Assembly: GCF_036365525.1 (NCBI RefSeq)
Contig: NC_090418.1
Coordinates: 8,846,266 to 8,910,265, forward strand
Direction of reading: 5' to 3'
DNA from: Heterodontus francisci
Lineage: Eukaryota
DNA length: 64,000 bases
The notes beneath the pieces are model-generated. The model was not told the origin of the DNA, did not search any database, and saw nothing but the letters and a program-made list of their open reading frames with translations. The position numbers and the translations under genes are program-made. How positions within the stretch are numbered: the first letter of the stretch is position 1; each line of letters starts with the position of its first letter. Shown in pieces: positions 1 through 11,366 of the stretch.

Positions 1-207
1 AGAGAGTTGTGGAGGCTAGATCACTGAATGTATTTAAAGAGGAGGTAGGTGGAATTTTGAAATGTTGGGGAGTTGAGGGCTATGAGGAGCTGGCACGAAA
101 GAGGAGTTGAGGTCTGGGGCAGATCAGCCGTGATCTTATTGAACGGCAGGGCAGGCTTGAGGGGCCGAATGGCCTACTCCTGCTCCTATTTCTTATATTC
201 TTATGTT
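1..207 (+). mobile_element. CR1/HER1-type LINE 3' end fragment
   Basis: Ends in the CR1 3'UTR motif 'gggccgaatggcctactcctgctcctatttcttat...' that recurs throughout the window. Confidence 0.75.
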
Positions 208-536
208 TATTATGTGGAGATCTGAACGCGGTCAGTCAGAAAATATCAGTGAGGTGGAGCGTGACTACAGCAATGAGTTCCTCTTTGTGTGGTAAATAAA
301 TTAAGGAATTGGTTCAAAATACATAAAACAGCAAAGAGGAACAAAACAACATTGCACTCGAATTTAAAAGCACAGTCACTAGGCTGAGTGCGCTGGCAGA
401 GCTCTTATTGACATGGCACCTCAGATGATAGGAACAAAGAGCAGACCATCCATCAAGGTGGAATTTACAGATCGCAGAAATCCTAATGCAAAGGGTTAAT
501 GAGTTATACTCGATCAGAAACGTGTGTGCGATAAAA

Positions 537-852
537 CGGCACAGTGGCGCAGTGGTTAGCACCGCAGCCTCACAGCTCCAGGGACCCGGGTTCGATTCTG
601 GGTACTGCCTGTGTGGAGTTTGCAAGTTCTCCCTGTGTCTGCGTGGGTTTTCCCCGGGTGCTCCGGTTTCCTCCCATGGCCAAAGTCTTGCAGGTGATAG
701 GTAAATTGGCCATTGTAAATTGCCCCTAGCGTAGATAGGTGATAGGGAATAAGGGATTACTGTAGGGTTAGTATAAATGGGTGGTTGTTGGTCGGCACAG
801 ACTCGGTGGGCCGAAGGGCCTGTTTCAGTGCTGTATCTCTAAATAAATAAAT
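537..852 (+). mobile_element. HE1-like tRNA-derived V-SINE
   Basis: Pol III A box TGGCGCAGTGG, B box GGTTCGATTC, V-domain 'tgcgtgggtttt..cgggtgctccggtttcctccca', CR1-type tail and (TAAA)n end; two near-identical copies at 45449 and 58295. Confidence 0.9.
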
Positions 853-875
853 ATTTCAGTTTCAATATAGCCTAC

Positions 876-1788
876 TGTTATGAAAGTGCTTCTATTTTTT
901 AATTTTTTTTTTGAGGACTCATGTTTTAAAACTGTGGAGATGGAGTCATTGGAGGACTGAAGGCCAAAATTCCATAGATGCTGAATATTTTATTTTAAAT
1001 GTCACCGGAAGGACTTTGGGACTTGAGCTTTCTGTTTAAAACCAACACCTACGGGAAGTCATGTCTTCAGCTAAGTAAACAGCAAACGCCTTGGTGACGA
1101 GGCGGAGTTGTTTACAGAGAAGTGCAATGTCAAGTTTTATGGTGGTCAAGAGTTGGTTCCATTTTGAATACTGTTTTGAGACAGTTGGGGTAAGAGAGAA
1201 GACACAGTTCATCTTTTCTCCACCTCTTTGAGAAACCCTGTGAATCCACTGTGTGGTAGCCGAAACCCTTGATGCCGCATTTCTCCCGGAAAAACCTGCC
1301 AGACTAATTCTCGACGCTGCCTGAAAAGAACTGCTCCAGAAAGATCCCAGTGGCAGCCATCTACACGTATCTGGGATGCCAGAATAACTGATATCATTCC
1401 ATATCTTATCCTTTTCCTTCAAGAATTAACAATTATTTGGCCAAAGTATTTTTTTTGTTGTCTTTTTTGTAAAATGATCTCTGCAGAGAAAATTTCTTCA
1501 TTTTTCCTTTAACTGGTGTATGTGTGTGGGGCTAAGGTAGAAGGGAACTTTCATATTTCAATCTGTGTGTTAATGCTTTGCATCTTTACTGAATATATGT
1601 CTTGTTTTATAATAACTTGACAATTTTGTTGTTTATTAAAGAAACCTGGTTGGTGGATTTTATTCTGAAATAAAAAGAGAGTGTATAATTGGCTATATTG
1701 GTAACTGGGTCAACATTTAAATATATATTGTGACCCAAGAAGTGGAATTAGAGAAAGACAGTGCACTCCTCCCGTCTTGGTCGTAACA
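876..1788. mobile_element. Solo LTR (Gypsy-like), 913 bp
   Basis: Starts TGTTATGA and ends TCGTAACA (7/8 inverted match, TG...CA); flanked by the direct repeat CTAC at 872-875 and 1789-1792; internal AATAAA near 1669. Confidence 0.85.
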
Positions 1789-1829
1789 CTACGCACACTT
1801 TGTCGCTCAGACTATAAATTCCAAAGTTA

Positions 1830-2310
1830 CATAGCAGGAAATGGGGGAGGCCATTCAGCCCCTCGAACCTGTTCTGCCATTCAATTGGATCATGGCTGAT
1901 CTGCACCTCAACTCCATCTACCCACCTTGGTTCCAAATCCCTCAATACCCTTCCCCAACAAAATTAAACTAAGCTCAATTCCAAAATGCTCAGCAGCTTT
2001 TTGGGGAAAGTCCCAGATTCCCACTCCCCTTTTGTGTGAAGAAGGGCTTCCTGACCTCACCCCTGAATGGCCTGGCTCGAATTTTAAGGTTATGCCCCCT
2101 TGTTCTGGACTCAAACCGCAAGCCAATCGACTATGAAGGCACCGCAGTTGAACTCATTCCTGGCAACAGCCATAGCAACAAGAGGAGGCCATTCAGCCCC
2201 TCGAGCCTGTTCCGTCATTCAGCGAGATCATGGCTGATCTGCGAGCCAACTCCATATAGTTGCCCTTTGCCCCATATCCCTTAATACCTGAGCATGACAA
2301 AAACCCATCA
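1830..2310 (-). mobile_element. Two CR1-type LINE 3' fragments
   Basis: Reverse-oriented CR1 tail 'ggccattcagcccctcga..ctgttc..ccattcaa...gatcatggctgatct' occurs twice. Confidence 0.7.
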
Positions 2311-2577
2311 CCCTGCATTTCCCAAAGTGATCACTGCATTGGTTAGCATAGGAGTTTGAACACCCCTCCCCTCTCCACATCCTACTCCAGGGAAACGCGC
2401 ATCGCCCCCGTAATAGAGATAGCAGAGATCGAGGGGGTGGGCCTTGCCCTTTCTTTCTGGCTCAGGTACACCATGGGCCATTATCAAGCAATCAGTGGAC
2501 TGTGCAACTTATAAATAACATTTGCACAAAACACCAACAAATCACAGCTGAATAATCTTAATCCAATAACAATCCAA

Positions 2578-2995
2578 GGTGTCAACTGTGGATCAGTGGA
2601 TAACACTCTCGCCTGGGAGTCAAATGGTCACGGGTTCCAGGCCCACTCCGCAGACTTAAGTACATAATCCAGGGCCGACAATCCCAGTGACGTACTGCAC
2701 GACCGGAGGTGCCGTCTTTCGATTGAGACGTTAAACCGAGGCCCCCCATCTGCTCTCACCGGTGGACGTAAAAGATCCCACGGCAGATCAGGGGAGTTCT
2801 CCCCGGTGTCTCCTGCTAATACTTAACATAAAAACAGATGATCTGGTCATTGTCACCTTGCTGTTTGTGGGGGCTTGCTGTGCACAAATTGGCTGCTACA
2901 TTTCCTGCAACACTTCAGAAAGTAATTCGCTAGGCTGTAAAGTGCAAAGCGTCCCAAGATTGTGAAAGGCGCTATAGAAATGCAAATAGTTCTTT
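2578..2995 (+). mobile_element. SacSINE1-like Deu-domain SINE
   Basis: tRNA-like head, 'ggaggtgccgtctttc..tgagacgttaaaccgaggcccc', Deu core 'ttgctgtttgtggg.gcttgctgtgcacaaattggctgc', L2-like tail 'aaggcgctatagaaatgcaa'. Confidence 0.8.
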
Positions 2996-3989
2996 TGATT
3001 TAAAAAAAAAAAGTGGATGGGATTTTCATCTAATTTTTTTCAGTGTGTATAAAATTTGTAGGGGGGGGGGTGGGGCTGGGCAGTTGGTGGGATAATAAGA
3101 GAACAAAGCAGGCAGTCACCAACCCAGAGGATAATTAGCTTCAGAGTAACTCAAGGAGCTGTTGTCACCGCTTCCCCATAGCTGAGAAGCAGCTTTAAAG
3201 GGGCAGGCCTGGTTAACAGCTCGACGCTGCAAACTGTGCACTACAACCCAACACGTTAGTGCAATCACAGGAAATCGGCTGGTGTGCGAATAAAGCTGGC
3301 TTGCCCCGACCAAACCCCTCAGATCTGGCTTTCGTTCAGCGACTTGAGAATGGTATCGTGGCTGTGCCTTGCTTTCTGGCATTCACCAGTGGCTCATAAT
3401 TCTCGTAAAGCGTCTTTAAGGTACTTGCAGGGTGTGAGAGGGCTGTCAAGACATGTCCTGTGGTTGCACAGGTGAAACGGGAAACACAGCTAATATGTGA
3501 GTGTGTGCGCGCGTGCATGTGTCTTTTTAAATACTTGAAGCAGAACAAATTTGCTATGCGGAAAGAGGTGGTAGTGGAACCAACCAGATAGCTCTTTTAA
3601 AGAGCCAGCACAGACACAATGGGCCAAATGGCCTCCCTTTCTGGGCTGAGAGATTCTGTAAAATGGGGTTAAAGATTAGTAGAGGTGTTCAGTGCCTTCC
3701 ACTCAGGGGCAATGAAATACTGCTTTAAAAAGCTTGATTATATTCAGTGTTAAATGGCAAGATCCCATCAAGAGATAATAATTGGGCTAGTCAGCTCTTG
3801 CCTGGGCTGTAACTCACAGCGAGGCCTCAAAGCTACTTGGATGCCAAGACTGGTTTGTGGTTGAAACTCTCCCAGATCAAGCCGAGATTCCTGGCACTTC
3901 CCGCAAGCTACAAACAGGAGTCGTCGTCTTGCCTCCTTTATCCAGCAGGATAGCTGCGGATATTGTTTTCTCTCTGAAGAACAGTACGT

Positions 3990-4515
3990 TAGGTTAGCCG
4001 AGATATTCCAAGGCATTCCCGGCCAGCCTTCCACCTGGCGTGGCTCGAGTTCATCCAAAACTCTGCTGCTCGTACCCTAACCTGGGCCCAGGACCTGCGC
4101 TCCCTGACCCTCACTGGCTCCCGGCTCGATTTTAGAATTCACATCCTCATTTTCAAATCCTGCCGTGACCTCGTCCCTTCTCCATCTCTGTCACCTCCTC
4201 CAGCCCCACAACCCTCCGAGATCTCTGCGCGCCTCCAAGTCCCACCTCTCGTGCGTCCCCCGATTCCCATCGCTCCGCCATTGGCGGCCATGCCTTCAGC
4301 TGCCTGGGGGCCCCGAGCTCTGAAATTCCCTCCCTAAATCTCTCCGCCTCTCCCTCCTCATTTGAAACGCTCCTTAAAACCTATCTCTTAGACCGAGCCT
4401 TTAGCCGCCCTGTCCCTAATATCTCCTTACGTGGCTCGGTGTCAAATTTTGTTTGGCGACACACCTGTGAAGGGCCTCGGGACGGTCGAGACGCTATATA
4501 AATGCAGGTTGTTGA
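3990..4515 (+). mobile_element. L2-type LINE 3' fragment
   Basis: 'ccaaaactctgctgctcgt...cactggctcccgg...gccttcagctgcctggg...cgctatataaatgcaggttgttg', typical of L2 ends; similar pieces near 6240-6540 (-), 14870-15490 (-), 19880-20570, 38590-39065, 47100-47670 and 61670-61940. Confidence 0.75.
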
Positions 4516-4675
4516 GATAATTAAATCCGACTGCTCGATTACGTTTCCTTAGCAAGGGGGCGGAACGGAAAAAGAAGAAGGGGCGCACGGATGGAGATCA
4601 CTGATGGGGTAGAGTGAAGCTCAGCAAAACGAGTGCCAACACTAGCATGTCTATTATTGAAAACAGTACTTAGCA

Positions 4676-6044
4676 TGCTGCAAACAACAGATGCCCCTCT
4701 ACGTTGCTTTCATTGATCTCACCAAAGCCTTTGGCTCGTCAGCAGACGTGGTCTCGTCAGACTACTAGAAAAGATTAGATGCCCACCAAAGCTATGAAGT
4801 ATCATCACCTCATTCCATGACAATATGAAAGGCACAATTCAGCCTCATCAGACCCCTTTCCTATCCTGAGTGTTGTGAAACAGGGCTGTGTTCTCGCACC
4901 TACACTGTTTGGGATTTTCTTCTCCCTGCTGCTCTCACATGCATTCAAGTCTTCAGTAGAAGGAATTTTCCTCCACACAAGATCAGGTGGCAGGTTGTTC
5001 AACCTTGCCCGTCTAAGAGCGAAGACCAAAGTACGGAATGTCCTCATCAGGGAACTCCTCTTTGCTGACGATGCTGCATTAACATCTCACACTGAAGAGT
5101 GTCTGCAGAGACTCATCGACAGGATTGCGGCTGCCTGCACTGAATTTGGCCTAACCACCAGCCTCAAGAAAACGAACATCATGGGACAGGACATCAGTAA
5201 TGCTCCATCCATCAATATTGGCGACCACGCTCTGGAAGTGGTTCAACAGTTCACCTACCTAGGCTCAACTATCACCAGTAACCGGTCTCTCGATGCAGAA
5301 ATCAACAAGCACATGGGAAAGGCTTCCACTGCTATGTCCAGACTGGCCAAGAGAGTGTGGGAAAATGGCGCACTGACACGGAACACAAAAGTCCGAGTGT
5401 ATCAGGCCTGTGTCCTCAGTACCTTGTTCTACGGCAGCGAGGCCTGGACAACGTATGTCAGCCAAGAGCGACGTCTCAATTCATTCCATCTTTGCTGCCT
5501 CTGGAGAAGCCTTGGCATCAGGTGGCGGGATCTCGAGGCAGCCAACATCCCCAGCATATACACACTACTGAGTCAGCAGCGCTTGAGATGGCTTGGCCAT
5601 GTGAGCCACACGGAAGATGGCAGGATCCCCAACGACACATTGTACAGCGAGCTCGCCACTGGTATCAGACCCACCGGCCGTCCATGTCTCCGCTTTAAAG
5701 ACGTCTGCAAACGCGACATGAAGTCCTGTGACATTGATCACAAGTCGTGGGAGTCAGTTGCCAGCGATCGCCAGAGCTGGCGGGCAGCCATAAAGGCAGG
5801 GCTAAAGTGTGACGAGTCGAAGAGACTTAGCAGTTGGCAGGAAAAAAGACAGAAGCGCAAGGGGAGAGCCAACTGTGTAACAGCCCTGACAACCAATTTT
5901 TTCTGCAGCACCTGTGGAAGAGTCTGTTACTCTAATATTGGCCTTTATAGCCACTCCAGGCGCTGCTCCACACACCACTGACCACCTGCAGGCGCTTACC
6001 CATTGTCTCCCGAGACAAGGAGGCCGAAGAAGAAGAAGACGACG
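4676..6044 (+). mobile_element. 5'-truncated RTE-clade (BovB/RTE-like) non-LTR retrotransposon
   Basis: Upstream 'PLYVAFIDLTKAF' motif, RT C-terminal ORF, very short 3'UTR and (GAA)n tail; 8-bp TSD ACTTAGCA at 4668-4675 and 6045-6052. Confidence 0.92.
4875..5981 (+). pseudogene. RTE reverse transcriptase C-terminal ORF (368 aa, truncated, no endonuclease)
   Basis: KQGCVLAPTLF, LLFADD, FTYLGS, RLRWLGHV, GRPCLRFKD and a terminal CxxC...H zinc-finger-like motif. Confidence 0.9.
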
Positions 6045-6714
6045 ACTTAGCACAGTCCCATCCCTCTCTCAAACCCCACATATTGTCAAAATGAAGAAAC
6101 AGCAACCAGCAAGGAAGATTAATCCAGAATACCAGGGCTCGTGACCGGCATGTGGCTCACGGGTAGTAAATATCTGGATACTCCAGATATACTTGCTGAT
6201 CAAGCTCAACAACTTATTGTATAATGTCTACAACAGAGAAGAAATGTCCCAAGGTGCCTCACAGTAGTATGATCAAAAAAATCTTCACATTTAAGGAGAT
6301 ATTAGGGACATGCGACCAAAAGCTCCGTCGAAGAGGTCGGTTTTAAGGAGCGGCTTAAAGGAGGAGAGAGGGAGGCGGAGAGGGTTTAGGGAGGGAATTC
6401 CAGAGCTCGGGGCCCCAGGCAGCTGAAGGCACGGCCGCCAATGGTGGAGCAATTAAAATCGGGGATGCTCAAGAGGCCGGAATTAGACGAGCGCAGATAT
6501 CGGAGGGTTGTGGGGCTGGAGGAGGTTACCGAGATAGAGAGGGGGGCGGGGGGTCGAGGCCATTGGAACAGGACGAGGCCATTCAGCCCCTCAAGCCTGT
6601 TCTGCTATTCAGTTAGATCACGGTTGATCTACACCTCAACTCCATGTACCCAACTTTGCTCCATATCCCTGGACACAACAACAGTCAACAACAACACAGA
6701 TGTGCTCCCAGGGG

Positions 6715-7711
6715 CCCCCCTGTAAATACTGACATACTCCCCGAGACCCCCTGTAAATACTGACACACTACCCGGGGCCCCCCTGTAAATACTGACACAC
6801 TACCCGGGGCCCCCCTGTAAATACTGACACACTCCCGGTGACCCCCCTGTAAATACTGACACACTCCCGGTGACCCCCCTGTAAATACTGACACACTCCC
6901 GGTGACCCCCCCTGTAAATACTGACACACTCCCCGGGAACTCCCCCTGTAAATACTGACACACTCCCGGGGACCCCCTGTAAATACTGACACACTCCCGG
7001 TGACCCCCCTGTAAATACTGACACACTCCCGGTGACCCCCCTGTAAATACTGACACACTCCCGGTGACCCCCCCTGTAAATACTGACACACTCCCCGGGA
7101 ACTCCCCCTGTAAATACTGACACACTCCCGGGGACCCCCTGTAAATACTGACACACTCCCGGTGACCCCCCTGTAAATACTGACACACTCCCCGGGAACT
7201 CCCCCTGTAAATACTGACACACTCCCGGGGACCCCCTGTAAATACTGACACACTCCCGGTGACCCCCCCTGTAAATACTGACACACTCCCGGTGACCCCC
7301 CCTGTAAATACTGACACACTCCCGGTGACCCCCCCTGTAAATACTGACACACTCCCGGTGACCCCCCCTGTAAATACTGACACACTCCCGGTGACCCCCC
7401 CTGTAAATACTGACACACTCCCCGGGAACTCCCCCTGTAAATACTGACACACTCCCGGGGACCCCCTGTAAATACTGACACACTCCCGGTGACCCCCCCT
7501 GTAAATACTGACACACTCCCGGTGACCCCCCCCTGTAAATACTGACACACTCCCGGTGACACCCCCTGTAAATACTGACACACTCCCGGTGACCCCCCTG
7601 TAAATACTGACACACTCCCCGAGACCCCACTGTAAATATTGACACACTCCCGGTGACCCCCCCTGTAAATACTGACACACTCCCGGTGACCCCCCCCTGT
7701 AAATACTGACG
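6715..7711. repeat. Minisatellite, about 31 units of 31-34 bp, consensus (C)n TGTAAATACTGACACACTCCCGGTGAC
   Basis: Tandem array read directly; about 31 TGTAAATA cores counted; variable C-tract; recurring variant units. Confidence 0.98.
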
Positions 7712-9649
7712 TATTCACACATGTCACAACTTGGGAAAGGCTGCAGCAGTTAGAACTTGTCTGATCATTTTCACACGGGATCTGTCACCACACGAATCTG
7801 GGAACCCAGACAGATATTGGATCAGAACCCTTCAGGTGCCCCACCCTCTTACTGTGCAATATTGTTAACGCTCTTTCAGTCGTTAACCTTTAATCTGTTG
7901 CCTCGGCTGCCTTCCTTACTCTCTGCCTTTCCCCTACCCCGGGAGGGTCTCCTCCTGCAGGAGGATAGGATTGCTCAAGGCTACCTCGCCATTCTCAACG
8001 TGCCAGAGGGAGGGAGTGGACGGCCAGCTATTCGACCATGGGAGGAAGACGCCATCGCACCCCCCAACCCCCCGGCCCTGCAAGCACCCCTTCCCACTTT
8101 GGGTTTGGTGTTTAAGGCAAAGCTCTCTCCCTCTCTCTCTGACTGTCTGCAATGGGGATCTGAGCCAATGAACAGAGTTCTGGCTCAGCTGTTCCCTTAA
8201 CAGATCCAGACCCCAAACATCACACTGAAAAGCTGCACAATATTCCCTCCCTCCCTCTATCCTGGGACAATTCCCAAGGGAAAGCATGACCCTTGCGTGC
8301 ACCCATGTTTAAAAAAAAACTAGGACCCAAACATGTCTCTCAGCTCCCTCCTCACACACACCCAATGCAATTTCACCCTTGTCGATTTCTCCCAGTGTTA
8401 GGATCTGACAACTTTACTGAATTACTAAAAGAGATTCCCTTAGGAATCTGGCCTCAAACGAGGGGAGGGGGAGGGGGGGGGGGGGGGAGAAAAACACATT
8501 AAAACCAAGTTGTATCTTACCTCCAACACATCGTTCGAACAAACTTCAAAAGCGATTCACCAAACTTTCCGATCAAATTGGGGAGGATCCAAATATGACC
8601 AGCTCTCCTTCAGACAATACTGCTGGAAGTTTTTTTTGGAGCAAATCGGATGTTGAAGGGAGGGAAATCCTCTCACGAGTAGGCTTGGCTTCTTGTAAAG
8701 GGTTTTTTGTTTCAAAAGTGCTTGCTTGAGATCAGAGAACAGGATTTGCGTTCTGGAGACACGGTCAAAGCGAACTTTGCAGCCCAGTGACTGCTAAACG
8801 AGGCATGTTCCCCTCTCTGATTCAGAAAGGTGTGTTTAAGGAAACGACTGAAGACATATCCTGCACATGTGACCCTCTTTATCACAAAGTCTGCAGTCGT
8901 TTGAGGGTTAAAGGAAATACGTTGGATAAATGGGGACACCTAGGGATTTTAAACGCCTACCCAAATTTATCAGAGGGGGGAGGGGGAGGGGTAAAGGAAG
9001 AGATTTGCACAAAAACGGAATTACAGGGGCGCTGGAGAAGGTGCAAAAAAATATCTGATGGAATGATACTGGATTGAGAGATTGTACCCATCAGGAAAAG
9101 GTTGAGCAGGCTGGGGGCTCTTGAGGACAAGAGAAGGCTGAGGGTGGACCTGATGGAGAGTTTTACATTTATGAAAGGGTTTGATAGATGTAGAGATCTT
9201 TCCACTTGTGTGGGAGAGACCAAAAGCAGGGAGGCACCAATAATAAGATAGATAAACCCAAATGGTAATTCAGCAGAAATTCTTTACCCAGAGAGTGGTG
9301 AGAATGTGGAACTCGCTTGAGGTGAATAGTGTCGATACATTTAAGGAAATGAAGAAGTCAAATTCGATTGTACAGGTCATGATAGGGTTGAGGAAGGAGC
9401 AAGTGCTTTGCGTAAAAGGCGGTGTGTTCTAAGAGGAAGGAAAGACTAGGGGAGGTGCACTCCTGAGGTGAAAGGGAGTAGGAGATGGTATGTTGAGTGC
9501 TGATTTCAACACAGGACCTCGGAAGTGTGGGTGTGTCTGCAAAGGGAGCAGAAGTGGGAAGGAAGTTTCAGGGAAGCAGAGACTGGAGTGGGACTGAGAG
9601 GGAGGTTGGAGGCTAAACGGCGTGTGACGGAATGGATTTTTCGTGGAAT

Positions 9650-10095
9650 TAGCAGCACCGAGACGGGCCATTCAGCCCATCGTGCCTGTGCTGTCCCCTT
9701 GGTAGAGCTAGCCAATTCCTCACTCCCGCCTTCTCTTTCCCCCTGTAGAATTTGCCCCTTCAAGTATTTATCCAATTCCCCTTTTGAAAGTTACTATTGA
9801 ATCTGCTTCCACCGCCCTTTCAGGCAGCGCGTTCCAGATCACTAAAACTTGCTGCGTAAAAAAATTCTCTTCATCTCTCCCCCTCTGGTTCTTTTACCAA
9901 TTATCTTAAATCTGTGTCCTGTGGTTACCGACCCGCCTGCCAGTGAAGACAGTTTCTCCTTATTTACTCTATCAAAACCCCTCATAATTTTGAACACCTC
10001 GATTAAAATCTCCTCTTAACCCGCTCTGCTCTAAGGAGAACGATCCCAGCTTCTCCAGTCTCTCCACATTAACTGAAGTCCCTTATACCTGGTTT
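9650..10095 (-). mobile_element. CR1-type LINE 3' fragment
   Basis: Reverse complement of 'atctggaacgcgctgcctgaaagggcggtggaagcagattcaatagtaactttcaaaaggg'; same subfamily near 27330-27760, 39940-40255, 54615-54970 and 60430-60940 (+). Confidence 0.8.
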
Positions 10096-10704
10096 ATTCC
10101 TTGTTTATCCAGCTTCCCCGTAAATGCGTCGATGCTAAACACCTCAACCACTCCCTGTGGGAGCGAGTTCCACATTCTCACCACTCTCTGGGGGAAAGAA
10201 GTTTCTCCTGAATTCCCGATCGGATTTGTTAGCGACTATCTTCGCCTGGGTTTTGCGGTCAGCGGCAAAGCAAGGGTGCTGATCGCTGACCTCAATGAAA
10301 GCCTCGCTGAGAGATCTAACCATCTCTTTTGCATGACCTTGCAGTGTTCTGCAATGGGGATTCCCAGTGTGGAACGGTGGTGATGTCAGCAAGCTGCCCG
10401 AGCAGCCAATCACAGTAAAGGATTCTCACAGGCAGCCAAGCAGGAAATGAGTCGTAGAGTATATTTAAAGTTTATGGGGTGAAGTTAGAAGCTGAAATAT
10501 TATGAAAAACTTAAAAATGTATATAATTATTTTAAAAATGTATTTAAAAAAAAAGTAATTAATTTTAATGATGACGCTTAACAGCACTCCACAAATACCG
10601 AACAATTTTCTAGGACCAGCCTTGTTGTTTAGCTATTGTTATTATTCAGCTTGCAGTTAAAAACCCAGTTACACCTGATTGAGCAAGGTGTAAATTTTTT
10701 AAAA

Positions 10705-11030
10705 ATTCATTCATGGGATGTGGGCATCGCTGGCCAGGCCAGCATTTATTGCCCATCCCTAATTGCCCCTTGAGAAGGTGGTGGTGAGCTGCCTTCTTGA
10801 ACCACTGCAGTCCATTTGAGGTAGGTATACCCACAGTGCTGTTAGGAAGGGAGTTCCAGGATTTTGACCCAGCGACTGTGAAGGAACGCCGGGTATAGTT
10901 CCAAGTCGGGATGGTGTGTGACTTGGAAGGGAATTGGTGGTGTTCCCGTGCATCTGCTGCCCTTCCTTCTAGGTGGTAGAGGTTGCAAGTTTGGAAGGTG
11001 CTGTCGAAGGAAGCTTGGCGAGTTGCTGTG
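10705..11030 (-). mobile_element. LINE family B (CR1/L2 group) 3' end
   Basis: 'ttcatgggatgtgggcatcgctggccaggccagcatttattgcccatccctaattgcc' tail shared with copies at 12800, 28600, 32750 and 59630. Confidence 0.8.
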
Positions 11031-11366
11031 GCACCTCATACAAAATGGGGTTTCTAACCAGGAAGTGAGTGCGGAAAGGGTGATGTTCATGCCACACCAC
11101 CTGATTTTAATGAGGACATTCGGCCCATTGTGTCTGTACTGTTCTGGTCCCCCCCCCCCCCTGCCGCAAGTGGGAAAATCTTCTGTACGTCTACCCTATT
11201 GAATCCCTTCGTAATCTTAAAGACCACTTTTGGGTCACCCCTCAGTCGTCTTTTTTTCCAGGAAGAACAGCCCCGGCCTGTTTAGCCATTCCAACCTTTG
11301 AGTTCGAGTACCATTCTGGTAAATCCATTATTGCACCTTCCCCAGTGAGAGGGTGAGTGGACAACA

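Noticed and set aside
537-620. tRNA genes suggested by A and B boxes (also near 22490, 45450, 58600 and 59600)
   Set aside because: These are SINE heads that run into SINE bodies and LINE-type tails; no complete cloverleaf seen
4875-5981. Reverse transcriptase as a retron, DGR or group II intron system
   Set aside because: Motifs, (GAA)n tail, 5' truncation and TSD identify an ordinary RTE-clade LINE
6715-7711. CRISPR-like appearance (constant core plus variable spacer)
   Set aside because: The variable parts are about 12-bp variants of one another rather than unique spacers; there are no cas genes and the context is vertebrate
6685-7727. Three long overlapping minus-strand ORFs (292-345 aa)
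   Set aside because: Translations of a stop-free minisatellite in all three frames; no coding evidence
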